Virus record (IMG/VR): IMGVR_UViG_3300031227_000005
Length of the DNA: 39,713 nt
Direction: 5' to 3' (one strand)
Origin: a virus
The first letter of the stretch is position 1; each line of letters opens with the position of its first letter. Below are positions 16,794-24,657 of the stretch, piece after piece. The position numbers were made by a program, and so were the translations under genes. The notes under the pieces were generated by a model. It worked only from the letters and a program-made list of their open reading frames with translations, made no database searches and had not been told where the DNA came from.

Positions 16794-17534
16794 TTACTCG
16801 TGGATCGGGATATCCTTGATCTGCAGAACGATGTTCATGATCTTCCCGGTGTCTAGCGAACCAAGGGCACACTTGAACTTTTCGTGGACCATGGCTTCAA
16901 CGTCAACAGACGAGATTTTGCGGGCCTTCGCCTCGGTTTCGAGCGTGTCTAGTGCGGCGTTTCGCTTGGAGTCGTCGCCGGGTTTCTGTGCTGGTTCGCG
17001 ATTCTGAGGCTGTCCGCCGTCAGGGTTCGTGCTTCCTGGACGGTTGCGGTTCGGCGGTGGTTCGTTGTCGTGGTTCGTTCGCTCCACGTCCTCGCCGCCG
17101 CCGTTGATGTTGAACGTCTGGCAGACGCTCACCTTGAACGCCGACGTGTGGCCCTTGTTGCTCTGCTTGTCGCCAGTGTCGGCACCTTGCCCCATGCATA
17201 TCGTATAGACGTACGAACCGTCGGTGGTGGAAATGTAACGGTGCTCGACGACTATCTCGGTAATCACCATCGATCCAGAAGGGCTTGGATAGTGTGTAGT
17301 GAATTCAGGGTGCAGTATCGGCTGGATGAAGATTCCAGCAGTCTTGAGCGGTTCGTGGATCGCCTCCTGGATGTCGTCGATGGAGCGGTACTTGAAACGA
17401 GGACCGGATTCGGTCTCCGTTTTCTTACCGAGTGCCTTGATGAGATTGAACGCGACGCCCATTTTCTGGTGTATGTCGCCTTCGGTGCCGTGTCGTGGAG
17501 TCGTTGTGAGATCCGGTGGGTTAGCGTTGTCCAT
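16794..17534 (-). CDS. erf: ERF-family single-strand annealing recombinase
   Basis: Starts at the internal ATG (MDNANPP) with GAGG 5 nt upstream. FKYRSIDDIQEAIHEPLKTAGI and GDKQSNKGHTSAFKVSVCQTFNI parallel P22 Erf YKYRSCEDILEGVKPLL and ...TSSYARKYCLNGLFGI. Confidence 0.8.
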   Translation of the reverse strand: MDNANPPDLTTTPRHGTEGDIHQKMGVAFNLIKALGKKTETESGPRFKYRSIDDIQEAIHEPLKTAGIFIQPILHPEFTTHYPSPSGSMVITEIVVEHRYISTTDGSYVYTICMGQGADTGDKQSNKGHTSAFKVSVCQTFNINGGGEDVERTNHDNEPPPNRNRPGSTNPDGGQPQNREPAQKPGDDSKRNAALDTLETEAKARKISSVDVEAMVHEKFKCALGSLDTGKIMNIVLQIKDIPIHE

Positions 17535-17610
17535 GTTCGCCTCGGTGGTTGATGGTGTGTGGCCTGTCCTGACGCCCGCACCTGGCCAAGGGTGCGGAAG
17601 CTGGGACAGG

Positions 17611-18093
17611 TTACCAGCAATGCGTCTCTCCGTTGTGGTCCGCTTCATAGCGTGCACTGGCCAGATTGCCCATGTATCCTTTGATATTACGCGGTGTTGT
17701 GGAGACGCCATATGTGAAGTGCGGGTAGTATGGGAACATGCGACGCAATGAGCGTGGAAGACCGTCCGAAATCCATGCGGGGGAAGTATCGCCGAGGGTG
17801 TGGGTGTTCGTTGCTTCAATAGCTTCCGGGGTAGGACGTGCGAAGCGTCGGATGTTGAATCGGGGGAAGATACCCTGACGTGCGAATAGGACCAGTTCAC
17901 GTTCCGTAATGGGGTACGAATCATCACACATGCCACTGAGAGGGTATGGTAATTCTCTACGCCGTGATATGGTGCGTGCAAGTTCGTGTTCAATCTTCAT
18001 ACCGCATAGTTCGCTGTATGCGTTGCTTGCGCCGATGCCGTCTATACGGATGTATGCCGTGTAGATTTTGCGGATCGTCGTCATGCTCGTCAT
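17611..18093 (-). CDS. Hypothetical protein
   Basis: 160-aa ORF with GAGGA 8 nt upstream. It is the first gene after promoter P1. Confidence 0.5.
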   Translation of the reverse strand: MTSMTTIRKIYTAYIRIDGIGASNAYSELCGMKIEHELARTISRRRELPYPLSGMCDDSYPITERELVLFARQGIFPRFNIRRFARPTPEAIEATNTHTLGDTSPAWISDGLPRSLRRMFPYYPHFTYGVSTTPRNIKGYMGNLASARYEADHNGETHCW

Positions 18094-18139
18094 CTTCTCG
18101 TCCTCGGTTGGTGTCGTTGCTCCGTCGTTCGTTACCTAG

Positions 18140-18168
18140 AATATAGAGGCGGGTATACATCACGTCAA
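18140..18168 (-). promoter_or_regulatory. Sigma70-like promoter P1 (leftward)
   Basis: On the minus strand: TTGACG, a 17-nt spacer (TGATGTATACCCGCCTC), then TATATT. Confidence 0.55.
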
Positions 18169-18212
18169 CACCAATACGCAAGAAACAGAGAAAGTATTCC
18201 ATAAATACGAAA

Positions 18213-18240
18213 GCGTGCGCCAGACTCAACCGGCGCACGC
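18213..18240 (-). terminator. Intrinsic terminator after the 196-aa gene
   Basis: 9-bp stem, GCGTGCGCC pairing with GGCGCACGC, and a 10-nt loop. On the minus strand it is followed by TTTCGTATTTATGG. Confidence 0.55.
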
Positions 18241-18259
18241 GTGATGTGGTCTCGTTGTG

Positions 18260-18850
18260 TCAGGATTCCAGAATCGTGACCGGCAGCGGTCCGTCGGGAC
18301 CGAAGCCTGGCTTGTATTCGGCGGCGTTCGTGCCTCTGATCGTGTACGTGCGCGTGTGTGTGATCAGTTCCTCCAGCTCCGGCGCAAGGGCGCGGTCCTT
18401 GTCGAGCATTCCCTTGACGTACTTCTGAAGTGCCGACCGGTTGACGGTTGTCGCGATCTCGCCGTCGATGCCCATGTCGCGTAGTTGTTCAATGACGCGG
18501 AGTGGGTCGATCAGAGATTCGTCGTATCCGTCCTTCAAACCAGCCTTACGCACCCATTCGAGCAGTCTGTCGGCGTTCTCGGGATCGAAAGCGACGGATG
18601 TCTCGCACCGCACTTTCATGTTCATCTCGACCCGCTCGTCGGAATCACATCCGGTTTCGAGATAGTATTCGACGACTTCGTGCTCTATCCCTCGTCGTCG
18701 CTTCTTGAGGGTGTCGATCTCCGTGAGCCTGACAGCGACAGCGCGGTCGATCGCTGCTATCTCGTCGGACTTATTTTCCTTGTCCGCTATGTATTCCTCG
18801 GTGTAAGGCAGAGTGTAGTCGATGCTGGGGGCCTTATCTGCTTCTGACAT
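18260..18850 (-). CDS. Gp157/Gam-like recombination accessory protein (tentative)
   Basis: 196 aa with an N-terminal coiled coil. Its architecture and C-terminal ...TRTYTIRG resemble the Sipho_Gp157 family. It lies upstream of erf. Confidence 0.35.
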   Translation of the reverse strand: MSEADKAPSIDYTLPYTEEYIADKENKSDEIAAIDRAVAVRLTEIDTLKKRRRGIEHEVVEYYLETGCDSDERVEMNMKVRCETSVAFDPENADRLLEWVRKAGLKDGYDESLIDPLRVIEQLRDMGIDGEIATTVNRSALQKYVKGMLDKDRALAPELEELITHTRTYTIRGTNAAEYKPGFGPDGPLPVTILES

Positions 18851-18907
18851 GCGTTCCTCCGTTCGGATGATGGTCAGTGGCGACGAATTGCCGCCACGCT
18901 CTCGGTC

Positions 18908-19717
18908 TCACTGTACGATGAAGTGCGGGACTGATTCAACGGTCCATGCCTTGCACATCGATGGATGCGCACCTGACGGGAAAGTCACCCCGGTACCGAG
19001 CATACACGATTGCAGTAATTCGACCGTGACGGTACAGTCGAGTGCATTCCCATAGCACTGATCAGGGTCCGCGATCACAACGCCGTGATTCCACAGTCGC
19101 CCGTGTTCCTGGATGACTCTGAGCGCATCGTGTGCGAATTCCCACGGTGTGCGCCCGGTGACGCCACCCTCGCGATCTCCGCCAATGGACAGGGTCATCT
19201 CGTCGCCGTACGTGGTGTGTATGTCGAGCGATTCATGCTCGGGATACACCGTGGAGAAATCGCCGTCGTTGTCCTGTTCCCCGTCCGCCTCCTTGTTTGC
19301 GATCGTAATATCGGCGTCAAGGACGTGAATCCACGGTGTCGCCTTGTATACCTTGATTGCTTGAATTGCGATGGAAAGGTCGCCGGTAAAGCTCCCACGG
19401 ATGATAGTTCCAGCGTCGTTGGTTACGAGATCTTCGCCAAGGTCGGTAAACCCATCTGGCACGATCCATCGCTCTGTGGTATACGCCACACCGTTTATCT
19501 CTGTCCTGCCGACCATCCGAGGAAATATCCGCATGGTAACGCGGACAGATCCGGGAATTGTCGCGACGTAAACAGGACGCCCGTCGGCCTGTCGTGTGGT
19601 GGTGATGTCAACGGTTCCGATTGTCGCGTCAGGTGGGTTCTCACGTTGACCCTCAGCGAATGGCGCGATCGCGTCCAGGTATCCGCCGATCAGCGTAGTT
19701 TCTTCGTATCGTGGCAT
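18908..19717 (-). CDS. Acidic hypothetical protein, first leftward early gene
   Basis: 269-aa ORF. My count is 39 D+E against 18 K+R. Confidence 0.55.
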   Translation of the reverse strand: MPRYEETTLIGGYLDAIAPFAEGQRENPPDATIGTVDITTTRQADGRPVYVATIPGSVRVTMRIFPRMVGRTEINGVAYTTERWIVPDGFTDLGEDLVTNDAGTIIRGSFTGDLSIAIQAIKVYKATPWIHVLDADITIANKEADGEQDNDGDFSTVYPEHESLDIHTTYGDEMTLSIGGDREGGVTGRTPWEFAHDALRVIQEHGRLWNHGVVIADPDQCYGNALDCTVTVELLQSCMLGTGVTFPSGAHPSMCKAWTVESVPHFIVQ

Positions 19718-19768
19718 GCCGTCTCCGTTCGTGTGGGTTCGTCGGTCTCTCGTCGGTCAGTGGTGTAT

Positions 19769-19797
19769 ATAGTACGTGCCGGTGTATACCATGTCAA
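19769..19797 (-). promoter_or_regulatory. Sigma70-like promoter P2 (leftward early)
   Basis: On the minus strand: TTGACA, a 17-nt spacer (TGGTATACACCGGCACG), then TACTAT. Confidence 0.6.
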
Positions 19798-19853
19798 CAC
19801 TACGCCGTGAAATGATTCCGATAATATTCCATAGTGATACACACGGGGCGGTA

Positions 19854-19882
19854 TTGACATGATGTATACCAGTCCATACATT
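19854..19882 (+). promoter_or_regulatory. Sigma70-like promoter P3 (rightward early)
   Basis: TTGACA, a 17-nt spacer (TGATGTATACCAGTCCA), then TACATT. Confidence 0.5.
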
Positions 19883-19931
19883 CTATACAGCAGATAAAGA
19901 AATACCAACACGAACGAGAAAGGAACACAAG

Positions 19932-20642
19932 ATGAACTGGCATAGTCGATACGACCCTGAAACACGAGGGACGATCTACACGCTCACGTTGACACTACCA
20001 GGGACTGAGCCGATGAAAGAAGGCGAACGGGACGGCGCGTGCGGTGGGGAGTATGATTGCGAGCTAGAGCCGGATACCGGTTCCTCCGTTGTGTTGATTG
20101 TCGAAAAGCTGTGCGTGGCCGAACGCCGGGCATTGTTTACCGTGAGGCTACAGAACGAAAAGGATTCGCAATTCGACGGGATGGATATATGGGCATTCCG
20201 TATGTTCCTCGCTGGATGGTATCTCGCGGTTGCGATGAAATCCGAGGTTCCGTCTACTAAAGAACTGGACGTGTGGTTTAATGAATCCCGCGTGCTGGTT
20301 TTCGACGAATTCGGCAATATGGCAGACAAGACTCCATATCGTGGCGATTATCTGATCGTGTCCTCGTCCGGCGGCGCACTCGCGGAAGGATACCCGGAGA
20401 TCAGATGGGAGATCAGCGAAGCCCTCTGCGTTGACGACGATGAAGCAAAGCACCTGATGGACAATCCAGGGTACGGAGTGCCCACATCTGACTCTACGCG
20501 AATGAAGAACGGCGCGTGGATCAACTACTGGAGGATCCGCGCGACCGAGGCGCAGCTTGTGAACATGCAGGAACGAGACCCGAAGTGGACGCGGTGGCTC
20601 GTTGTCGATGCTGACTGGAAAGGATCAGACCATGAATGGTGA
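19932..20642 (+). CDS. Hypothetical protein, first rightward early gene
   Basis: 236-aa ORF with AAAGGA upstream. Confidence 0.55.
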   Translation: MNWHSRYDPETRGTIYTLTLTLPGTEPMKEGERDGACGGEYDCELEPDTGSSVVLIVEKLCVAERRALFTVRLQNEKDSQFDGMDIWAFRMFLAGWYLAVAMKSEVPSTKELDVWFNESRVLVFDEFGNMADKTPYRGDYLIVSSSGGALAEGYPEIRWEISEALCVDDDEAKHLMDNPGYGVPTSDSTRMKNGAWINYWRIRATEAQLVNMQERDPKWTRWLVVDADWKGSDHEW

Positions 20643-21348
20643 CAGAACGGTACACAAATCCACGTCAGCAACGGCGAGGCAGTGGATGAAGCGCGGCGAC
20701 CACGACCACCCGAAATCGCTTGATGAACTGGTTGGCATCCACTGCACCGATCACGACGATATGATAGAACTCGCTGAGAAACGAGGCGTCGATCCTTCGC
20801 TGTGCGCTTACGTGTTCCTGACATGGAGAGACGCCGGATTCGGGTGGTATCTCATCGCTCCCGGTGACTGGCTCATTTGTCGCGGCGTGGGATGGGGTGG
20901 AACGCCCTACATCCGGCAGGTTCTCACGGACGCCGAGTTCCGCAAGGAGTGGAGCGAGACGCCGCTGGTGGACGGTGCCCTGTTCGCGAAGATGGCGGCG
21001 TTCTGTGCATGGGCCAGCGACCACGGAGTGATCGAAACGGCGATGGATGACCACATTGGTAGTTACCTGGAAACAAACACAGATGAGGAATACCAGGATA
21101 TCCTGAACGGTATTGAAAAAGAAATAAGCAATATGCCAACATTGCCAGAACTCGTCGAAGAGAAGTGTCCGAGGTGCAAAACAAGCACGCGCCGTCTGTT
21201 TCTGAAACCTGCTGATATTGACAAGCTCTCGTGGATGGATTGCGAGTTGCCGCCGTCGCCGGATTCGCGTCCGGTGTGCGAGGATTGCCGTAGTCGGATC
21301 ATTGATGAGGTCCGCAAGACGTTGAAATATGGGGGTAAGTCGAGATGA
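20632..21348 (+). CDS. Hypothetical protein with a C-terminal CxxC...CxxC zinc-ribbon-like motif
   Basis: The ATG at 20632 overlaps the end of the upstream gene. CPRCK and CEDC pairs lie near the C-terminus. Confidence 0.5.
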   Translation: MNGDRTVHKSTSATARQWMKRGDHDHPKSLDELVGIHCTDHDDMIELAEKRGVDPSLCAYVFLTWRDAGFGWYLIAPGDWLICRGVGWGGTPYIRQVLTDAEFRKEWSETPLVDGALFAKMAAFCAWASDHGVIETAMDDHIGSYLETNTDEEYQDILNGIEKEISNMPTLPELVEEKCPRCKTSTRRLFLKPADIDKLSWMDCELPPSPDSRPVCEDCRSRIIDEVRKTLKYGGKSR

Positions 21349-21683
21349 GCGGTGAATACGAAGGACTCGTGAAGGTGATTCAGGACTACGCGGACACCAT
21401 CGGGCACGATGCGTACGCGGTACTAGCCAAGGACTTCATGCGGATACACACAGAGCACACGGGCCGCGAGACTAAGACTACGCTCGTCGAGATACTAAAA
21501 CTCCGCACGCGCGCCGTAGAGAAATACGGAGCGTTCGCCAGCCCACACGAGGCGTACGGTGTGCTTGCCGAGGAAGTCGCGGAACTCCTGGACGAGATCC
21601 GCAAGAACGACAGAGCAGGGACGCGCCGCGAGGCGTTGGATGTCGCCGCCGTTGCGTTAAGGTTGGCCGAGGAATTGGAATAG
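21345..21683 (+). CDS. MazG-like nucleotide pyrophosphohydrolase
   Basis: 112 aa with an ATGA overlap. HEAYGVLAEEVAELLDEIRKND ... EALDVAAVALR matches the EExxE/D helical signature of the small MazG family. Confidence 0.6.
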   Translation: MSGEYEGLVKVIQDYADTIGHDAYAVLAKDFMRIHTEHTGRETKTTLVEILKLRTRAVEKYGAFASPHEAYGVLAEEVAELLDEIRKNDRAGTRREALDVAAVALRLAEELE

Positions 21684-21707
21684 TCCAGCGATCACGCCTC
21701 GCCACGC

Positions 21708-21736
21708 TTGACCTATGTATACACGAGATGTATACT
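21708..21736 (+). promoter_or_regulatory. Sigma70-like promoter P4
   Basis: TTGACC, a 17-nt spacer (TATGTATACACGAGATG), then TATACT. ATGTATAC occurs twice. Confidence 0.6.
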
Positions 21737-21768
21737 AATATCACGCACAACAACAAGGAGGCGACGAT

Positions 21769-21948
21769 ATGGCACTCAGGTCGAAACAGGTAAAGATGGA
21801 CGAGCATACGCGTTCCGTCTTGCAGGTTCTCGCGAAACGTATGCCGATCCCGAACGAGTCGGAGTTAATCAGGGACATGATCCACGCTCAGGCGAAGCGG
21901 GAGGGCGTAACGCGCATCGAAACAGAACTGCACGCTTCCGGGCGGTGA
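21769..21948 (+). CDS. Ribbon-helix-helix (CopG/Arc-like) DNA-binding protein, 59 aa
   Basis: Not in the ORF track. AAGGAGG lies 7 nt upstream of the ATG. The product MALRSKQVKMDEHTRSVLQVLAKRMPIPNESELIRDMIHAQAKREG fits a strand-helix-helix pattern. Confidence 0.65.
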   Translation: MALRSKQVKMDEHTRSVLQVLAKRMPIPNESELIRDMIHAQAKREGVTRIETELHASGR

Positions 21949-22011
21949 AACGAAGAAGCCCGCCGAGGTGCCGAGAAACACCAGGCGGGCCAGAACTGGA
22001 GTGCATGTTCC

Positions 22012-23082
22012 GTGAATGATACACCCATACCAGAAATAAGTCAACCACGCGCGTTCGTATACAGCAAGGCACCCGATATGATATTCGGTACTCCAGAATA
22101 CGATAACCTCTCGGAGACTGGCGGGTTCGTGTATCTATACTTGATTTACAGACTTGACAAAAACAGCCTCGCGGATCCTCCGATTATGGAGATAGCACGG
22201 GACACAAAGAAGTCGGTCCGCGAAGTGAAGCGTGGCATCCAGGAGCTAACCGCGTCCGGGTTGATTGACGTGCAAAAGAACGGTCGGAGGAATGTCTACA
22301 CCGTTATGTTCCCAGATGAGACCACGAAGCAAATAGGTGCCACACTGGCCTCTATTGCAAACACAACAGAGGCCACACCGGCACCTATTACACAAACAGG
22401 TGCCACACAGTCCTCAGTTGATATTACAACAGAGGCCACACCGGCACCTATCGCGGAAATAGGTGCCACACAGTCACCTATTAATCCCGAACAGGTGCCA
22501 CACCGGCACCTATCAGGACAGCAGGAGCTAGGACTAGGATTAGAACTAGAGCAAGGAGAGGAAGAGGACCGTAGCTCAGAGCACGGCCCATACGACGACG
22601 ACATGTCAAGTAATCGATACCGGACGTTTGGAGAGGACACGCCCGAGGAGTCACTGTCGAAACTGGTGTTGACCGAAGGCATGCAGAAGTTTTGCCGCAA
22701 GCACTTCGGCGAGTCTTCCGCCGCCGTCGAAAACTACTGGATTCAGTGCATGTTGTACGAGGCGAACGTTGACTCACGGTACAGGCCGTACAAAGAGACC
22801 GGCGTGATGATCTCGCGAATTATGCGTGCCTGGTTCAGGAAGGGCCACACGCCAGAGCGGTGCGTCGAGGTTATCCAGATCCACGTCGAGCGCATGAATG
22901 ATCCGGCGAAACGTCTCACGAAAAACCTCTCGTTCGTGGATGATTTTTTCAAGGGCGAGAAGCGACGCGCGAAGAACTCGAAAGGCATAGCGACCGAACC
23001 ACAACAGCAGGGCGAATACGCAACCGAAGCAGAGAAGTACGGCGGATCAGGCGGAACTGTTTCAACAGGCGGGTTCAGATGA
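22012..23082 (+). CDS. Replication initiator / replisome organiser (lambda O-like role) with an N-terminal winged helix
   Basis: A wHTH-like segment (IMEIARDTKKSVREVKRGIQELTASGLIDVQKNGRRNVYTV), internal iteron-like repeats and an acidic linker. It lies directly upstream of the DnaC-like loader. Confidence 0.65.
   Translation: MNDTPIPEISQPRAFVYSKAPDMIFGTPEYDNLSETGGFVYLYLIYRLDKNSLADPPIMEIARDTKKSVREVKRGIQELTASGLIDVQKNGRRNVYTVMFPDETTKQIGATLASIANTTEATPAPITQTGATQSSVDITTEATPAPIAEIGATQSPINPEQVPHRHLSGQQELGLGLELEQGEEEDRSSEHGPYDDDMSSNRYRTFGEDTPEESLSKLVLTEGMQKFCRKHFGESSAAVENYWIQCMLYEANVDSRYRPYKETGVMISRIMRAWFRKGHTPERCVEVIQIHVERMNDPAKRLTKNLSFVDDFFKGEKRRAKNSKGIATEPQQQGEYATEAEKYGGSGGTVSTGGFR
22335..22512. 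repeat. Iteron-like repeat array inside the initiator gene (candidate origin)
   Basis: The GCCACAC core occurs at 22339, 22372, 22402, 22435, 22465 and 22497, with spacings of 33, 30, 33, 30 and 32 nt. AGGTGCCACAC occurs 4 times. GGCCACACCGGCACCTAT occurs twice, plus one variant. The repeat unit is 63 bp. Confidence 0.7.
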
Positions 23083-23894
23083 TGACAAAGAGACGCGGAA
23101 AGACTACCAACACCGAGGAGTTATTCGGGAATACTGAGAGTATCCTGGATGCGATCAAGAACCACGTCGGCGGACCGCTGGATATCATCGATCGCGAGGA
23201 GAACCCGGAGGAGTATGAGAGACACCGGAACGCTCCGTCGGAATCGGATCAGACGTGGGTGAAGAGTTACCCGGAACGGGCGATGGTGGCCAGGTTGAAA
23301 AACGGGCGCGTGCCGGACGACTATCTGCACTCCAGACTTTCTAAGATGGTGTATCCTCCGGGGCCGAAATATATGATCCTCCGCCAGTGCCACGAAACAC
23401 TCATGAGATACGCGAAAAATCGCGAGTGGGAAAAACGCTGGTTGATCCTGCTCGGCGGAACAGGTACCGGTAAAACGAAAAGTGCCGTCGGGATCCTTCG
23501 TGCGTTTCTGCACTATGCGAACCCGAAGAATCGCGCACTGTTCGTGCCGGTGCGGACCTACCTCGACAACTGCAACAAGTGGAGCAACCACGCCACAACA
23601 GCACCGCGGGGATTCGACGAGATATCGAACGCGTCCGCCGTCCTCCTGGATGATCTCGGCGCGGAATCTGTAGACGAGAAGAACCGGTCACACATCGCTG
23701 AGGTTGTCAACGTGTGCTCTGCGTATCGTCGTCCGCTGATCATCACCAGTAACGCAAGTATCGGGCATTTTCTCGGCGATGAATCGGAGGGATGGCTGGA
23801 CGCCCGCACACGGTCCAGGTTACGCGAGGCGTCGTTGATCCTGACGCTCGACGGACCAGACTACCGAACACAAGAAACGGAGGAATCAACGTGA
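23079..23894 (+). CDS. DnaC/IstB-like AAA+ helicase loader
   Basis: Walker A (GGTGTGKTKS), Walker B (AVLLDDLGAE) and sensor-1-like LIITSN. Confidence 0.8.
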   Translation: MMTKRRGKTTNTEELFGNTESILDAIKNHVGGPLDIIDREENPEEYERHRNAPSESDQTWVKSYPERAMVARLKNGRVPDDYLHSRLSKMVYPPGPKYMILRQCHETLMRYAKNREWEKRWLILLGGTGTGKTKSAVGILRAFLHYANPKNRALFVPVRTYLDNCNKWSNHATTAPRGFDEISNASAVLLDDLGAESVDEKNRSHIAEVVNVCSAYRRPLIITSNASIGHFLGDESEGWLDARTRSRLREASLILTLDGPDYRTQETEEST

Positions 23895-24124
23895 TCAGAT
23901 TCGAGAGAATCGCACGCATGGAGGCGAACAACGCGCGGATGTATCTGTATATCGAAAAACACATGAATCAACACGGGTATTTTCCATCTGTCGAGAAGAT
24001 GGTCGCCGGTCTGGACCTGAGCGCGAGATCTGTTCGCCGAACTCTGAAGGCGATGCACGACGCCGGGTTGATAGTGCGAGATCTTCGCGGGAACTTTACC
24101 AGCCTTCATGAGTTGAAAGTCTGA
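23891..24124 (+). CDS. LexA-N-terminal-like winged-helix DNA-binding protein (77 aa)
   Basis: The GTG at 23891 has GGAGGA 6 nt upstream and overlaps the upstream stop. YIEKHMNQHGYFPSVEKMVAGLDLSARSVRRTLKAMHDAGLI resembles the LexA DNA-binding domain. Confidence 0.55.
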   Translation: MIRFERIARMEANNARMYLYIEKHMNQHGYFPSVEKMVAGLDLSARSVRRTLKAMHDAGLIVRDLRGNFTSLHELKV

Positions 24125-24148
24125 GAGACCACACGAACAGAGGAACGC

Positions 24149-24568
24149 ATGTCAGAACACGCCGAGGAATACACCGTCACCGACACCGTTATCACAATAC
24201 GGCGCAGGGTGGCGACAATCTACGGGAACGACCTACCGATCACCAGCGCGTCAGTAGAACGATGCGCCTCCCATCCTGATCTCGTCACCGGACCGGGTCC
24301 GCGTCCGCTGCGTATCTCGCTTTGTTTCAAGAATGGCACCGTTATACCTGCAAATGTTCGCGCGATAACATGGTCTGATCCGTCGTCAGTGGCGGAAGGA
24401 TTCGGGCACATGGAGTTCTGTTTGCGGATGGCGTCGCACCGTGTCCGCATTGAGATAGACGAGAGCAAGGGCGAGCACTACGATATCGCGTCGCACGATG
24501 GCGAGTCAGTGATTGATAGCCTAATGATCGATTACCGATTCCGCCTGTCCGGGACGTATTGGGACTAA
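24149..24568 (+). CDS. Hypothetical protein
   Basis: 139-aa ORF with AGAGGA upstream. Confidence 0.5.
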   Translation: MSEHAEEYTVTDTVITIRRRVATIYGNDLPITSASVERCASHPDLVTGPGPRPLRISLCFKNGTVIPANVRAITWSDPSSVAEGFGHMEFCLRMASHRVRIEIDESKGEHYDIASHDGESVIDSLMIDYRFRLSGTYWD

Positions 24569-24657
24569 ACGACAAGCGCGTGAGCGTGCGGGACACGGCT
24601 ACCGATCAACGGCTGTGGATACACCGACGCGGAAACATTCACGGAAAGGACCAGACC

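Noticed and set aside
17535-17993. N-terminal 153-aa extension of the Erf ORF (the track lists 16794..17993)
   Set aside because: The extension overlaps the better-supported 160-aa gene (17611..18093) and has His/Pro/Thr/Arg-rich, non-protein-like composition. The ERF homology begins after the internal ATG at 17534, which has a GAGG site.
19718-19931. tRNA or small RNA genes in intergenic gaps
   Set aside because: The largest non-coding gaps are 214, 166, 103 and 103 bp, and they are accounted for by promoters, terminators and leaders. I saw no cloverleaf-compatible sequence, though I could not run a covariance-model search.
22335-22512. Possible CRISPR-like or minisatellite array
   Set aside because: The repeats are short (7-18 nt cores in a 63-bp unit) and lie in frame inside a CDS. 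There are no unique spacers of uniform length and no cas genes. An iteron/origin interpretation fits better.
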